A DNA stretch of 64,000 nucleotides from Haliotis cracherodii (lineage: Eukaryota): assembly GCF_022045235.1 (NCBI RefSeq), contig NW_027266270.1, forward strand, positions 35,650,001 through 35,714,000, read 5' to 3'. The notes beneath the pieces are model-generated. The model saw only the letters and a list, made by a program, of their open reading frames with translations, was not told the origin of the DNA and did not search any database. The first letter of the stretch is position 1. Each line of letters opens with the position of its first letter. Below are positions 40,450-54,279 of the stretch, in pieces. Both the position numbers and the translations under genes were made by a program.

Positions 40450-41071
40450 GATATCCCTCAACTCACTCAAAGATATCCCTCAACTCACGCAAAGATATCC
40501 CTCAACTCACTCAAAGATATCCCTCAACTCACTCAAAGATATCCCTCAACTCACTCAAAGATATCCCTCAACTTACACAAAGATATCCCTCAACTCATCC
40601 CTCAACTAACTCAAAGATATCCCTCAACTCACTCAAAGATATCCCTCAACTCATCCCTCAACTAACTCAAAGATATCCCTCAACTCACTCAAAGATATCC
40701 CTCAACTCACTCAAAGATATCCCTCAACTTACTCAAAGATATCCCTCAACTCACTCAAAGATATCCCTCAACTCATCCCTCAACTCACTCAAAGATATCC
40801 CTCAACTCACGCAAAGATATCCCTCAACTCACTCAAAGATATCCCTCAACTCATCCCTCAACTAACTCAAAGATATCCCTCAACTCACACAAAGATATCC
40901 CTCAACTAACTCAAAGATATCCCTCAACTCACACAAAGATGTCCCTCAACTCACTCAAAGATATCCCTCAACTCATCCCTCAACTAACTCAAAGATATCC
41001 CTCAACTCACGCAAAGATATCCCTCAACTCACTCAAAGATATCCCTCAACTCACTCAAAGATATCCCTCAA
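40450..41071. repeat. 22-bp minisatellite with interspersed short units
   Basis: Unit CAAAGATATCCCTCAACTCACT. Confidence 0.96.
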
Positions 41072-41594
41072 ATCAAGCAAGCAATATCTGCTGTGGAAGC
41101 CAGCTGAGAATGATAAAAAGCACAGTTTTCATTTTCTGTCTTGCAATATAACAGATCCGAGCGTTTGGGGGGGATAAGGAGTAGGGGGGACCTAACTAAT
41201 GTATTAAAAATCACAGCTGACGCATAAGTAACAGCAACTGAATTCATCAACGTTTGAAATCCTCACATCAGATCTTAGACAACCGACATCACTCAGTCAA
41301 AAAGATAAATTGATTTGTGATAATTGAAGGAACCAATTCCTTTTCAATATTTCTTTTGACAAATCTCTCAGACATTATTTGACAAGCTATCACTCATACA
41401 TCTAAATCTGTTACTTTGAACACAGAAACACATTGAACACACTATTTGTGACCAAGATATGCACAAAAGTCATACAAACATTGTACATTTCACTATATGT
41501 AGGTCAAGGAAATGCAAGGAACACATTTACCAAATTGATTAAAAACTGGCATCACTTTCAGAAGTTTCAGAGCATAAAATCTTAAGAGAAACAA

Positions 41595-43355
41595 ATGAAT
41601 GGAGAGACATGAACGGAGATATGAACGGAGAGACATGAATGGAGAGACATGAACGGAGAGACATGAACGGAAACATGAATGGAGAGACCTGAACGGAAAC
41701 ATGAACGGAGAGACCTGAACAGAAACATGAATGGAGAGACATGAACGGAGAGACCTGAACGGAAACATGAACGGAGAGACATGAACGGAAACATGAATGG
41801 AGAGACATGAACGGAAACATGAATGGAGAGACATGAACGGAAACATGAATGGAGAGACATGAACGGAGAGACCTGAACGGAAACATGAATGGAGAGACCT
41901 GAATGGAAACATGAATGGAGAGACATGAACGGAAACATGAATGGAGAGACATGAACGGAAACATGAATGGAGAGACATGAACGGAAACATGAATGGAGAG
42001 ACATGAACGGAAACATGAATGGAGAGACATGAACGGAAACATGAACGGAGAGACATGAACGGAGAGACATGAACGGAGACACATGAACGGAAACATGAAT
42101 GGAGAGACATGAACGGAAACATGAATGGAGAGACATGAACGGAAACATGAACGGAGAGACATGAACGGAAACATGAACGGAGAGACATGAACGGAAACAT
42201 GAATGGAGAGACATGAACGGAAACATGAACGGAGAGACCTGAACGGAAACATGAATGGAGAGACATGAACGGAAACATGAATGGAGAGACATGAATGGAA
42301 ACATGAACGGAGAGACATGAACGGAAACATGAATGGAGAGACCTGAACGGAAACATGAACGGAGAGACCTGAACGGAAACATGAATGGAGAGACATGAAC
42401 GGAAACATGAATGGAGACACATGAACGGAAACATGAATGGAGACACATGAACGGAAACATGAATGGAGAGACATGAACGGAAACATAAATGGAGAGACAT
42501 GAACGGAAACATGAATGGAGACACATGAATGGAGAGACATGAACGGAGAGACATGAACGGAAACATGAATGGAGACACATGAACGGAAACATGAATGGAG
42601 AGACATGAACGGAGAGACATGAACGGAAACATGAATGGAGAGACATGAACGGAAACATGAATGGAGACACATGAATGGAGAGACATGAACGGAGAGACAT
42701 GAACGGAAACATGAATGGAGAGACATGAACGGAAACATGAATGGATAGACATGAACGGAAACATGAATGGAGAGACATGAACGGAAACATGAATGGAGAC
42801 ACATGAATGGAGACATTAGATGAGAAATGAATGGAGAAATGAATGGAGAAATGAATAGAAACATAAACGGATCCACGAACGGAGACATGAATGGAGACAT
42901 GAACGGAGACATTAAATGAGAAATGAATGGAGAAATGAATGGAGAAATGAACAGAGACATAAATGGATCTGCGAATGGAGACATGAACGGATCCGCTAAC
43001 AGAGTCATGAATGGAGACATGAACAGAGAAATGAACGGATCCATGCACAGAGACTTAAATGAGCGACATGAACATAGATATGAACGGAGAAATGAGCGGA
43101 TCCATGAATGGAGATATGAACAGAAAAATAAGCAAAGAAATGAGCGGATCCACAAACGGAGAAATGAATGGATCCACGAATAGAGACATGAAAGGAGAAA
43201 TGAATGGAGACGTGAGCGGATCTACGCACAGAGACTTGAATGTAGAGACATGAATGGAGATATGAACGGAGAAATGAACAGAGATATGAACGGAGAAATG
43301 AACGGATCCACGACTAGAGACATGAATGGAGAGACATGAACGGAGACATGAATGA
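41595..43355. repeat. Compound 12/14-bp satellite (CATGAACGGAAA / CATGAATGGAGAGA)
   Basis: Homogeneous to ~42810, then diverged 12-bp units. Confidence 0.96.
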
Positions 43356-44113
43356 AAGTTTGAATGGATGATGTTTGCAGCCTTTTTCAGAAATCATAGA
43401 GTAGTATAAGGCCAAACAAATACAGTTTAAGCTCTTTTCTCACACATTGACTTATATGCCTGTGTACAACTCCCAAGAATGCAGTCAAACAAACAAAGTC
43501 AACAAGTGTTAAATGACCATGGTCGTTACAGAGCAGGAATATTGCAGCATTACACAAACAAACAAACAAAAAACTCCCCTCAGAATCAATGACCATGACC
43601 GAAGACAAAGTGAAGTTGCTGTCATACCTCTGTCCCATTTCCACATTGCAATGTCCCAGCTCCCACCAGACAGAAGTGCCCACCTACATTAATCCCAGAC
43701 GGAGAAGGGTCAGTGTCAACATTCTAGTTTCTACAACACAGATAAACACTGGGCCTCGTCAGTGTGCCTACCTGGCCAGGTTGTATAGAAGCAAACAATA
43801 TAACTCAACCTGCCTGGATATCCACAACATTCTGCATTGTAGGGAAGTAAATATGCCTAGTGTTATCAGTCCAATAAACACAATATTAAAGCGTGATTTC
43901 ATTGCGAGATATTTTTTCCCAAAATAATAGCTTCCTGGTGCAGACTGTTTGAATGGCATTTGTGAAATCTGACAGGCAAGATTTTCCTGTATAGATAAAT
44001 AGAAGTACATCATCAATCCAACAATAAAACAAAAGCAACCAGTTTCCTGAAAGTCTCCATTATGAAAGTAAAGTTTGAATGGAATCAGTTTGTCATGTGT
44101 TTACACAACAGAT

Positions 44114-44530
44114 CAGTCCCTGCTGTCAACAAAGACTCAGCGGTCACGGAATATTTTGCAGAAATGCCTACTCGGTGCAGAACTGTACCTATACAGCAGA
44201 AAATCCCCTTTTGTGCAGAATTTGCTTTTATCTGCCGCAGAATTCACTTGAGTCAAAAGCTGGTTTTAAACACATAAACAGATATTCATGCTGTTTTGAA
44301 GTGATGATCACTTTTGTACAATTGCTTCCCTAAAGTGCAAGTGATCTCCAGATTCACTTCAATAAGGTATTCTAGCCGTGGATAAGTTTTTAAAAAAAAT
44401 GCCTGCCACATGTTAAACAGTGCAAAAGTACAAAATTCACAAAAATTAAACTTAAAAGTTTCGTGTGCAGAATCATCAAAATTGGCTGCAGAATGTTGAT
44501 TATTTTTTAGCTGCGGAAACGCCAGGACTG
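44114..44530. mobile_element. Probable MITE with repeated GCAGAA motifs
   Basis: CAGTCCCTG ... CCAGGACTG with ACAGAT on both flanks. Confidence 0.5.
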
Positions 44531-45384
44531 ACAGATATTCCAGCACTAGAACAGCAACAATATTGCTTTTGAATTTTTTAATGAGTAGTTTACACAATAC
44601 ATGTTTTTCCTTCGGATGAGAGGCAAGCCATATATGACTGCAATTAAATGACAAGCGTATAAATGACACACTTCACTAGAAATCATGCTAACCCTGACGG
44701 AGTACTTCCACATTCCTGGAGGACACCCAGGAATGTCCATGCATGATTGAATTGAGAAGTGCTGTTCCGGATCATTTAGAATATATGGTCTTGAACTTGT
44801 GATTTACAAGTGAGCCTGTTTGACTGCATGTCCTTGGCTGAACATCACCATCCTAGTGACAGAAAAAGAAATGCACACCCAAACTATTGACCCAATCTGT
44901 GCCGAGGATGACAGCGACTGTCAACAACATTCTACATAAATCTATGAATTCTCTTCAGTATCTATTTGACATATCATCATAATCACCTTTGAATAATCAG
45001 CCAATTGATTAATGATGACTAATACATAACCTCGCAGGTTCATTGACAGCCTTGGAAATCTCCCTTGTCATGTTCATTGTGTCAGCCGTTTTAAAGTTCT
45101 GTCAGTACAATCACTGACTTACTGTGACTGACTTCATGGACTTACTGAGGTACTTCTATCCAGATATTTATCATCTATTTGCGAGAGACGGACAACTCTT
45201 ATCTAATAGCTAAAGCCAAAACATAGTATGAATGCTGTCGCAAGCTCTATGAAGAGTCATGCTCCAATGAACTCACATGAATTGAAAGTCAATTCTTAAA
45301 TGATGACTTCCTGTAATGACACTTGGAGTACAATGACACCCAATCAGCCAGGTCAAGTTTGTCCTGAAGACTTCAAGGATAAAG

Positions 45385-45482
45385 GAGCAGAGATCATCTT
45401 TTAACATCTCATGGTTTGACATGGCCAGGGGCTCAAACCTCCAACCTTCTGCTCTCCAGGCAGACGCTTTATCCACTAGGCC
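45385..45482 (-). mobile_element. SINE family B, 5' fragment
   Basis: Minus strand GGCCTAGTGGATAAAGCGTCTGCCTGGAGAGC...GTCAAACCATGAGATGTTAAAAGATG. Confidence 0.7.
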
Positions 45483-46240
45483 GATGAGTCTGAGGTCAGA
45501 TGACTCTTAACCAGCCTCAGATACGAGGGGTGCTCCTACCAAGACTCCAAACATGATACAAATATATGGGCTTATTCATTTAAAAAATGACCTAATGATA
45601 TGTGTGACATAAGATTGCACAAGTTCATCAAAACTCATATTGTCAAGCATTGTACATCTTGCTACCAATATTTATTATTCAGCTTCTTTAATTAACACAT
45701 CATTTAACAAATACAAATCCCCAGATCAGGTACTCCTGCAGAACTCGTCAAATCAACGGCGTACATGTTATTAGCTATCATGACAGACAGTAATGGCATG
45801 TTAACAGTTCTTTTCCCCACATATCAGTATGCCCTGCAGTCCTAACACTCTTAAACAACCAAACTAACAACCAAGCAAACACAAGAATCCAAGTCATCAC
45901 CAGTATCCATGGTAGGAACGAGGATTTCTGAAATCAAAACCACCTCCCGTCACAATGTCAGACATTTTTACAACCTCTTCTGTTGCACAGAACATGAATC
46001 TTGCTCTGTGTCTGGCAGCAGCCACCAGAGTACACCCTGAAGGCCTGTACCTGATCCAACAGCTGACCACAGCCTGGACAACACAATATCTCTGCTGATT
46101 ATCAGACAGGTGTCCTGCTGGACGTCCAACATACTTAACATCAGGAATAAAACTTTCCAGGATTTCGCTCACAAAAGGTTTTTCGAAGTAGGTAGTAGAA
46201 GCAGTACTTAAGGATTATATTAAACACAACTTAAAAAGTG

Positions 46241-46392
46241 AGAGGTGGTCAGGTAGCCCAGTGGTTAAAGCGTTCACTTGTCACGACTAAGGATCAGGTT
46301 CGATTCCACACAACGGTACAACGTGTCAATTCCTGGTGTCTTCTTTCATGATATTGTTGGAATATTACTAAAAGCTGCATAAAACCACTCAC
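46241..46392 (+). mobile_element. SINE family A
   Basis: GGTAGCCCAGTGGTTAAAGCGTTC...GGTTCGATTCC...GGAATATTACTAAAAGCTGCATAAAACCACTCAC. Confidence 0.82.
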
Positions 46393-47041
46393 ATTTCCAC
46401 TCATAAAAGTAAGTGCATTTGGTTTGATTCAGTATTTCAGTTGCATCATGGCGTGTCAGCTGGATGTTTGACGAAAGTCCACTGTGATGCAGGTCCCAGA
46501 TGATGACTACTTTGGTGAAACCCACAAGTATGGTCATGGTGCCGATAAATCAAGGATCAAAATCGGGATTCAAACAGATCATAGGATTCTTGCACAGATA
46601 AGGGATGCAACCCTGCAAGATGGACCATCTTCACAACAACATAACCATTGATCTTTAAGAGTACAGTTCATAGCAGGCCCCCCATCTCCATAAAAAGCCT
46701 CCAAAGGATAAGCTCATACCACTTACCTAGCCAGCCTTTCAACAATGGTAATTCAAAATAAACACTCTGATGTTTCAAAGACATTTTGGCCAGCGGCTTC
46801 TGTATGTAGGACTGTCTTTACCATGTCGTTCTGCTTACAATGCTGTGAGAGACTTAATGATTTTTGTACATACACTGATACTTGACCAACACCCCACCCT
46901 AAGAAGCCGAGCCCGTAATGCTGTGTGGAGTAATTAGACAAGCATGTGGATGACGATAACTCCTGGTGCCGTTAGATGGCACCACACCCAGACAATCAAG
47001 CAAGGATATCAGTTGGTCACAATCACAACTATTCAGAGTAG

Positions 47042-47154
47042 CCCCAGGTTTGATTCCCAACGTGGGTACAATGTGTGAGGCCCATTTCCGGTGTCCCCTG
47101 CCATGATATTGCTGGAACATTGCTAAAAGCGGCATAAAACCATACTCACTCACT
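47042..47154 (+). mobile_element. SINE family A, 5'-truncated
   Basis: Starts at the B box GGTTTGATTCCC and ends CCATACTCACTCACT. Confidence 0.82.
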
Positions 47155-47770
47155 ATTCGGAGCTGCCTACCCACAATTGCATCAATGTGTCATAGCTTTA
47201 CTTTATTTGCATATTTAAAAAAAATTATGCATACAATGGTCACTTTTCATAGTTTTTTTGGTTGTAGGCATGCCAGAAATAATGTGATCTTATCTAAAAA
47301 ATATATATCTATCTACCAAATAAAAAATAAAATCAACATGGAGTCCAGAACAATGATTAATGTCAGATCGGAAGCAATCTAGACTTGAGTTGAATTGATT
47401 TTATAATTTATTCTCTTGGGTCATGGAGGCAGACTAGTAGGCAACATTGATAACTTTTAATTTACTGATGAGAAACCATCTGTGTCTGCCTTCCGTTTTG
47501 ATGCCATCTTTATTTAGCTTTGGTTACTTAAAAAGTTCAGACTACCTGAACAGGTTCCATACAGACAAGGCAAAAGAAGGATGGCGTTTTCAAATTCAAT
47601 ATCAGTTCTCAGAAAGCAACACGGTCATGAAGGACTGCATAACAAAACAAAAGAACTCATTGCAAGAAAATGCATTAGGCCTGTAATGAGGTAGGGCATA
47701 TAATCAATTTTTAAAAGGTTTTTAGTTAACAAAATCTGAAAAAAAGTAGGCAGATCCAACTACTTACAGT

Positions 47771-47870
47771 GACAAAGTAGAGATAATTTATGGATAACAA
47801 CATCTTTATTTACAGTAAAGGCGACTTTTCGGTATAGATCCTTATACTGTTGTCAAGCAATACTAACTGT
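47771..47870 (-). mobile_element. Penelope-like element terminal remnant with degenerate minimal hammerhead motif
   Basis: Minus strand AGTATTGC TTGACAA C AGTATA-AGGATC-TATACC GAAA AGTC GCCTTTACT, followed by AATAAA. Confidence 0.55.
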
Positions 47871-48356
47871 GGTCTATAAATAATCATTTCTGATCAAGGG
47901 AAACAAGCGAATGACAAGAAGAGCAATGCTCAACACCAAGCTGGTTACAATGACACACTGTCCGTCTCCTGGCGTGACCAGCCATTCAAGGAATGGGCAG
48001 CTCTCCTAGCAAGCATCAGTGGTCCTCGGTGACTCTACAGGGTCACATGGATAGAATATCACTTGAGACCTTGACTTTCTTTTACACTATTTTAGTCAAC
48101 TTGTACAACCACTGATGAACGAGTGAGTGAATGAGTGTGTTAGGTTTTACGTCAAAATTAGCAATATTTCATCTATACAATAGCAGGGTCACTAGCAATA
48201 GGCTATACTTTATAGCCCTGGTCAAATCATTTTGAATGATGAGGGAATGAGTGATACACTGCCTGACACTGAGGTGCCAAAACAAGAACCAACACTGTCA
48301 ACACAAACATCACTGTGCCAAAACCTTCAGAATTCTGGAACAATGAACCAATAAAT

Positions 48357-48575
48357 CTGAGTGAGTGAGTTGGGACTGAAGCCGCTTTGAACAGTATTCC
48401 AGATATCTAATATGGGAGGAAAGCCTGAAGTGATGCAGGTCTCACAGCGTTTAACACTTTGGTGAAACAGGCAGCACAGGTATGGTGCTAACAAACTTAC
48501 AAACATGATTGAGACAAAACCGGGATTCAAACCCACAATCATAGGTTCCTGGAGTGCCCAAGGGACGCAACTATG
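48357..48575 (-). mobile_element. SINE family C (related copies at ~46420-46615 -, ~59835-60063 +, ~61000-61165 +)
   Basis: GGGTTTGAATCCC B box, shared CACCAAAGTG / GACCTGCATCACTTCAGGCTTTCCTCC body, (ACTC)n tail. Confidence 0.75.
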
Positions 48576-50543
48576 GGGCTCCTGTTCCCCCTAAAACTCC
48601 TGATGCTGTCATCCATAATATATTGGCTGTAATGGAACCAAGAGCAGATCATGGCTTCTGCTCAATACAAAATTTGTGATGATGTGTCGAGACCTGTATT
48701 TACAGAAAATATTTGCACACATGTCCAATATGTCCAGGGTAAACACGACGTAATATTGGCTCCTTTGAAGGTAGGAAATAATAAACACCTTAATATTTTC
48801 TTGTGAATAAGCTTTTCGTATGACACTATGCAGCAAATTTGTCATCTCGCTGAAGTGATCAACTCTGAAGACATCAAATATTTATGCATTGTGTCGATCT
48901 CAAATAACAGCATCATGAGGAGAATAAGGAAATCCCTTGAATAAATCTCTATTGTTCAAAGTTCCTGTGATGTTGACTTGCATGTTTCAATCCCATGTGT
49001 TTCACTTATACTGAAACATGACTACAGCTTCATATTCTCATCATAACATTTCACAACAACTTTTTTCATTAAATTGAAATTCATGAAACATTTTTTTTCT
49101 TCTTTTCTTTAAGATCTTAAGGAACTGTGAGTCGTTATTCTCATAAAATACAAAATAAAATCTGTAACTGAATTCAAATTGAAAAGATGTGTTATTTTAA
49201 ATGAAGTTTTATTTTTCAAGCATTAAGAAAATACGAAATATTTAAATGAACTTCATTTAAATTAGGAGAGATATCGAAAAATCTCACTGAGATACCTCCA
49301 TCCAAGGTAAAACTAAACTAGAGAAAAACACATTAGAGATGCAGGTCCAATTGCCGACAAGCCATTTATCAGTTGAAAACATCATTTTAAGGGCCAATGA
49401 AAAAAACATCCCTCACAAATCCTACAGTCACAATCATCTCACAAATTGAGCACAAAATGAAACCAATCTGATTTACTACCAAGCCAAATACCCATCCTGA
49501 TCATCCCAGCAAAAACGAACAGATTTCCATCAAGATTTGTAGCTGTTAAACAACCTAGAACACCGAATGTCATTTAGTTTAGTGACTTGACCTCCACCAG
49601 GGTGCATACAAACTCCCTTCTACAACACTTGCAAGTGCTCCTGAAGCCAGGTACCATATACACACCATTCTATCCAATTACTTCCACAATGAACATTATG
49701 GACATAATACAATGAAATCATCCTCCAATATACCAGTGATCTGGTCGACAGTTGTTCTGGCTACCTCGCTCGGTAACAATCACAGTGTAGCGAGTTGAGA
49801 GGAATATCTGCACATAAATGTTATCCTGTTTTATAGAAGTTGGATACGAAACAGATACTAGCATCCTCACATCAAATACCAGCATTTATTGTCATAGTAA
49901 CATGTGGAGCTGTTAAATCGTTTTCCTGCTCTGTATATTCCCCTATAAGACTTTATACTCATCGATCATATTCACAAGAATGGGAGTATGGCAGTTCTAG
50001 TACCATGGGGAAGGGCGATCTCGGGGATTCATTGTTGTCTGAGGCTGCACTCTGGAACATTTCACCTATATGACTGCGGTCTGTAAACAATCAAGTCTGG
50101 ATCAGACAATGTTGTGATTGACATCATGAGCAACAATGCACCCAATTTGGATATGATGACTGAGCTTGACCACCTAACCCATTTTGTACCTCTTAACCTG
50201 GTCATCAGGTGATATATATGACTGCGATCATTGGCCTTTGTCATGCAATTGTCTATGCTCCTAGGAACACATTAGGTACTGCCTGAAGCAACACTGTGAA
50301 GATATCCTTTGGGAGCTGGTGCCACGGCATATGAGTTGCCTCCCCTGGAATGTCTTGACAGCAATACATGGATGGCATGTTACAACATCATTAGTTGCAG
50401 ATGGACACTATCAATATTTAACAGCCTTATAAATGCTAATTATTGTCAACTCTAGAAAGAACTTTACATTCTGTATTTGTCCAAGCTATACTTTAGTTTC
50501 ACTCAAAAACACTTCTGACAACTACATCTCCAAGACACCTCGC

Positions 50544-50718
50544 ATGGTGGGGTAGTTGAGTGGTTACAGTGTTGGCTCATCGCTGATATTAACAATATTC
50601 CAGCAATATCACGGTGGGGGACACCAGAAAAATGGGCTTCAAATTGGACCCATGTGGGGAATTGAACCCAGGTCTTCGGCATGACAAGTGAACACTTTAA
50701 CCTCTTGGCTACACCACT
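50544..50718. mobile_element. SINE family A: plus-strand head fused to a minus-strand copy
   Basis: GGTGGGGTAGTTGAGTGGTTACAGTGTTGGCTCATC (+) followed by CAATATTCCAGCAATATCACGG...GGCTACACCAC (-). Confidence 0.72.
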
Positions 50719-52794
50719 TAACATAAAATAATCAAATCAGGTTTAGGTTCTAGGGAAGAACTAGACTTTGTACTGTGAACTACTCATAAGCATACAGGAG
50801 CTTATTTTCGGATCAAGTTTGCCATGAAACTGCAGACACACATAGATATGTATCTGTTATTGAGAAAGCAAGTTGAGCTTCAAGTAGGCAGACTATCGGT
50901 CTTTTTCCAGGCTGTGGTTGGATTTTTCTTGGGGAAAAAATGATGACACACAAGACAAGATTCCTCATGTAAACGATGTCTGCAATTAACTTGTTTTTCA
51001 TCACTGTGCCGGCCTTGCTGTGTGGCAATCATCGCATCAGTTATACCTGACACAAATACTGTAGGATAGTGGTCTGATGATGCTATATTTTACTGCCTGA
51101 ATTTAACCAAATTCTATCTGGTCCATCTGTTCCATATTGAATCAAAGGCCCGGTAAAGTATCACAGTGGAACAATTCATTAAAATGTGTTTCTCCTTTGT
51201 TGTTTAACCCCACACACCTGTATTCCTGTTATGAGATGGAAACCTATAAATAAGCAAATCTGGACCGGACGATCATGTGATTGATACAGGAACAGCACTC
51301 CACACCATTCATCGGAGTATCCTGCAATCAACCAAGTCAGAGCCTGACCGACTGATCCAACAAGTCACCTCTCACTACCAGCATCGGTTGCTCAGGACCA
51401 ATTCTACCCAGAATCCCATCAGGAAGCAATACAATTACAAATGTACATTGATGCTTCATCATACACCAGGTATGTATTCCACTGCCATGTAATAGGATGA
51501 TGACATAAAATGATGAGTTATATAGATATTGGTTGGGTACTGCAGCAGTAGAATCTAACATTTTCAGTCCACTAGTCCTATTGACACCTGAACTATTGGA
51601 CTGCTTGGCAAGGACTAAAGGACTAGTGCCATTTCTAATTCTGGTACCCTTATTGGGTAAATGTCGGTGGCTCGCCACATGTTTCTGTGATGTGGCTGTT
51701 CATCTTGATGGAAAACGACAAGGCAGGACAGTGGTCTTTTTTTGTTCACAGGATGGGCATTCTTTAAGAAATAAGCAAATTTCTAGAATTTGCTATGAAA
51801 ATTAGCACGTGTTGCTATGATTGAGAACAAGGCTTTGTTCATCTCAGCACATGCATGTTTAAGATTTACGACAACACTAAATGCATAGATAAGGAAAAAA
51901 TCTCGTCCTAATAAACATGGAACTATCCTTAAGAATTACAAAGCCTTTGTGAATATTCAACAGGATTGTTAGCCTGTATTTGTGTATAGACGGCTATTTC
52001 ATCAGCAGACAGCTGCAAGATGACAAAGTTAAACATTTCTGAGATGATATTCAATGTGAAGACACACTGACCTAGCAACACCTAAAAGCATGCATTTACA
52101 AGCTACGGCCAAGAGAATGAAATATTTAACAAGAGGATTCCATTTTTTCAGGAATTTGACAAATCCATTGAATTTTATATCTTTGGTATGTTCTCTTAAT
52201 CAGATTTTCCCAGCTGTTGTAACAATAAACATTCAAATGCTTGGAAACATCAAATAATGTTAAGAAGTTTTATTCTGGGCATAAAATTATATGTTGAAGT
52301 CATCCTATCGACTGGCTCTGTGAGTCTAGCAAACACACACGCATAAAAATCAACAAGAAGAACATTTGTTATCAACAAGCTTGCTATCTTTGGCAGACAA
52401 TCACATTCATATTCCACTTCCCCCAGATCCAGGAAAACAGTAACAATTTGTGTTAATGACACCAATGCTTTCATTTCTTCTCAAGTCTGATCAGTTTGCT
52501 TATTTATCCTTGACAGAAGTGTAGTTCCTCTGTCAGGAAAGGTTGGCTTATGTTTATTTTGTGTTTATTTGTGAACATTGAAAGGTCAGGTTGGAACTTC
52601 TTGTATACCAAAACAGCGAAAATACTTGCAACAGGTTAGATTTTCTATTCCTCCCCTGCTGAAATGCACACCACGGCTTCCCATGATCATTGAAGATTTT
52701 AACATGGAAGACCATGGTTATCTTAGACATTGCCATACAACAATATCTTCAACTAATACAGTAATCACTAGACAGAAACCAAGTCTACCAAACA

Positions 52795-53003
52795 CAGTGA
52801 CATCATTAAGCTCATGGTCTGTTCTATACCCTAACATCGTCATCTAACACTAATACCTTAATGACAACACCACACTCAAGTCAACCAAGCACTGTGACAT
52901 CATTAAGCTCATGGTCTGTTCTATACCCTAACATTGTCATCTAACACTAATACCTTAATGACAACACCACACTCAAGTCAACCAGTGACATCATTTAGCT
53001 CAT
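52795..53003. repeat. ~97-bp tandem duplication (2 copies plus a partial)
   Basis: GTGACATCATTAAGCTCATGGTCTGTTCTATACCC... repeated. Confidence 0.9.
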
Positions 53004-53434
53004 TTCAAGCTGTATGTTAGGTTTAAAACTTGTTTTCACAATGCCTGGCGATGAATTCATGAAGATAGTTTTGAAACAGTTTTAGAAAGTAGTGCAAATT
53101 ACTTCCTATTTGGTCCTGTTGAGAATTTACTGATACCCAGAACCTTGAAATGATAACATTGGTGAAACTAACAGAAAGCAACTCACATTGCCTGGCCTTC
53201 TGGGAAGTACTTGGATATTAATGTCAGGCAAGTAGGCTGGTGATAATCTATATTCCTGTTTTCTATTTCATTCCACATGCCTCCAGCTTATTAAGATTAT
53301 CTTCTTCCAGATTTGTCAGAATCAATATTTTTTAATCTTATATAGGCATTAAGAAGTTGGTAGTTCAGAGAGACACAAGATATATTGATTTCAATTTCTG
53401 TAATCTGTCATGACATTTTTTGGCACAAAATTGT

Positions 53435-54279
53435 GCCCCTTCATCAGGTGAATGATGTTCCTTAATCCGGTGAATGAGGCCCCTTGATCAGATGAATGAG
53501 GTCCCATAATCCAATGAATGAAGCCCTTAATCCGATGTATGAGGCACCTTAATCAGATGAATGAGGCGCCTTTATCAGATGAATGTCTAAGGTCCCTTAA
53601 TCCGATGAATGAGGTCCCTTAATCCGATGAATGAGGTCCCTTAATCCGATGAATGATGCGCCTTTATTAGATGAATGAGGTCCCTTAATCCGATGAATGA
53701 GGTCCCTTAATCCGATGAATGAGGCGCCTTTATCAGATGAATGAGGTCCTTTACTCCGATGAATGAGGCCCCTTTTATCAGGTGAATGAGGTGCCTTTAT
53801 CAGATGAATGAGGTCCCTTAATCCGATGAATGAGGCCCCTTTTATCAGGTGAATGAGGCGCCATTATTAGATGAATGAGGTCCCTTACTCCGATGAATGA
53901 GGCCCCTTTTATCAGGTGAATGAGGCCCCTTTATCAGATGAATGAGGTCCCTTAATCCGATGAATGAGGTCCCTTTAATAGGTAACTGAGCCCCCTTTGT
54001 CAGATCAATGAGGTCCCTTAATCCGATGAATGAGGCCCCTTTTTTATTATTTGAATGTGGTCCCTTAATCCAATGAATGAGGCCCCTTTATCAGATGAAT
54101 GAGGTCCCTTAATCTGATGAATGAGGCCCCATAATGCGATGAATGAGGCCCCTTTATCAGGTGAATGAGGCCACTTTATCAGATGAATGAGGTCCCTTAA
54201 TTGGATGAATGATGCGCCTTAATCCGATGAATGAGGCCCCTTTGTCAGGTGAATGAGGCGCCTCTATCGGGTGAATGAT
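53435..54279. repeat. ~22-bp minisatellite, ~38 copies
   Basis: Alternating CCTTAATCCGATGAATGAGGTC and CCTTTATCAGATGAATGAGG variants. Confidence 0.95.

Noticed and set aside
40450-41071. Repeat unit contains ATATCCCT and CCCTCAAC, resembling U12 donor and branch motifs
   Set aside because: On the strand opposite the gene, imperfect, and without exons; likely coincidence. The same applies to isolated plus-strand ATATCCTT near 22644 and 29046.
41493-43155. ORFs of 423-538 aa
   Set aside because: Artefact of the 12/14-bp satellite; open in all three minus frames.
53435-54279. GATGA-containing tandem units as possible retrozyme/hammerhead repeats
   Set aside because: No stem II plus GAAA arrangement on either strand, and the units are too short.
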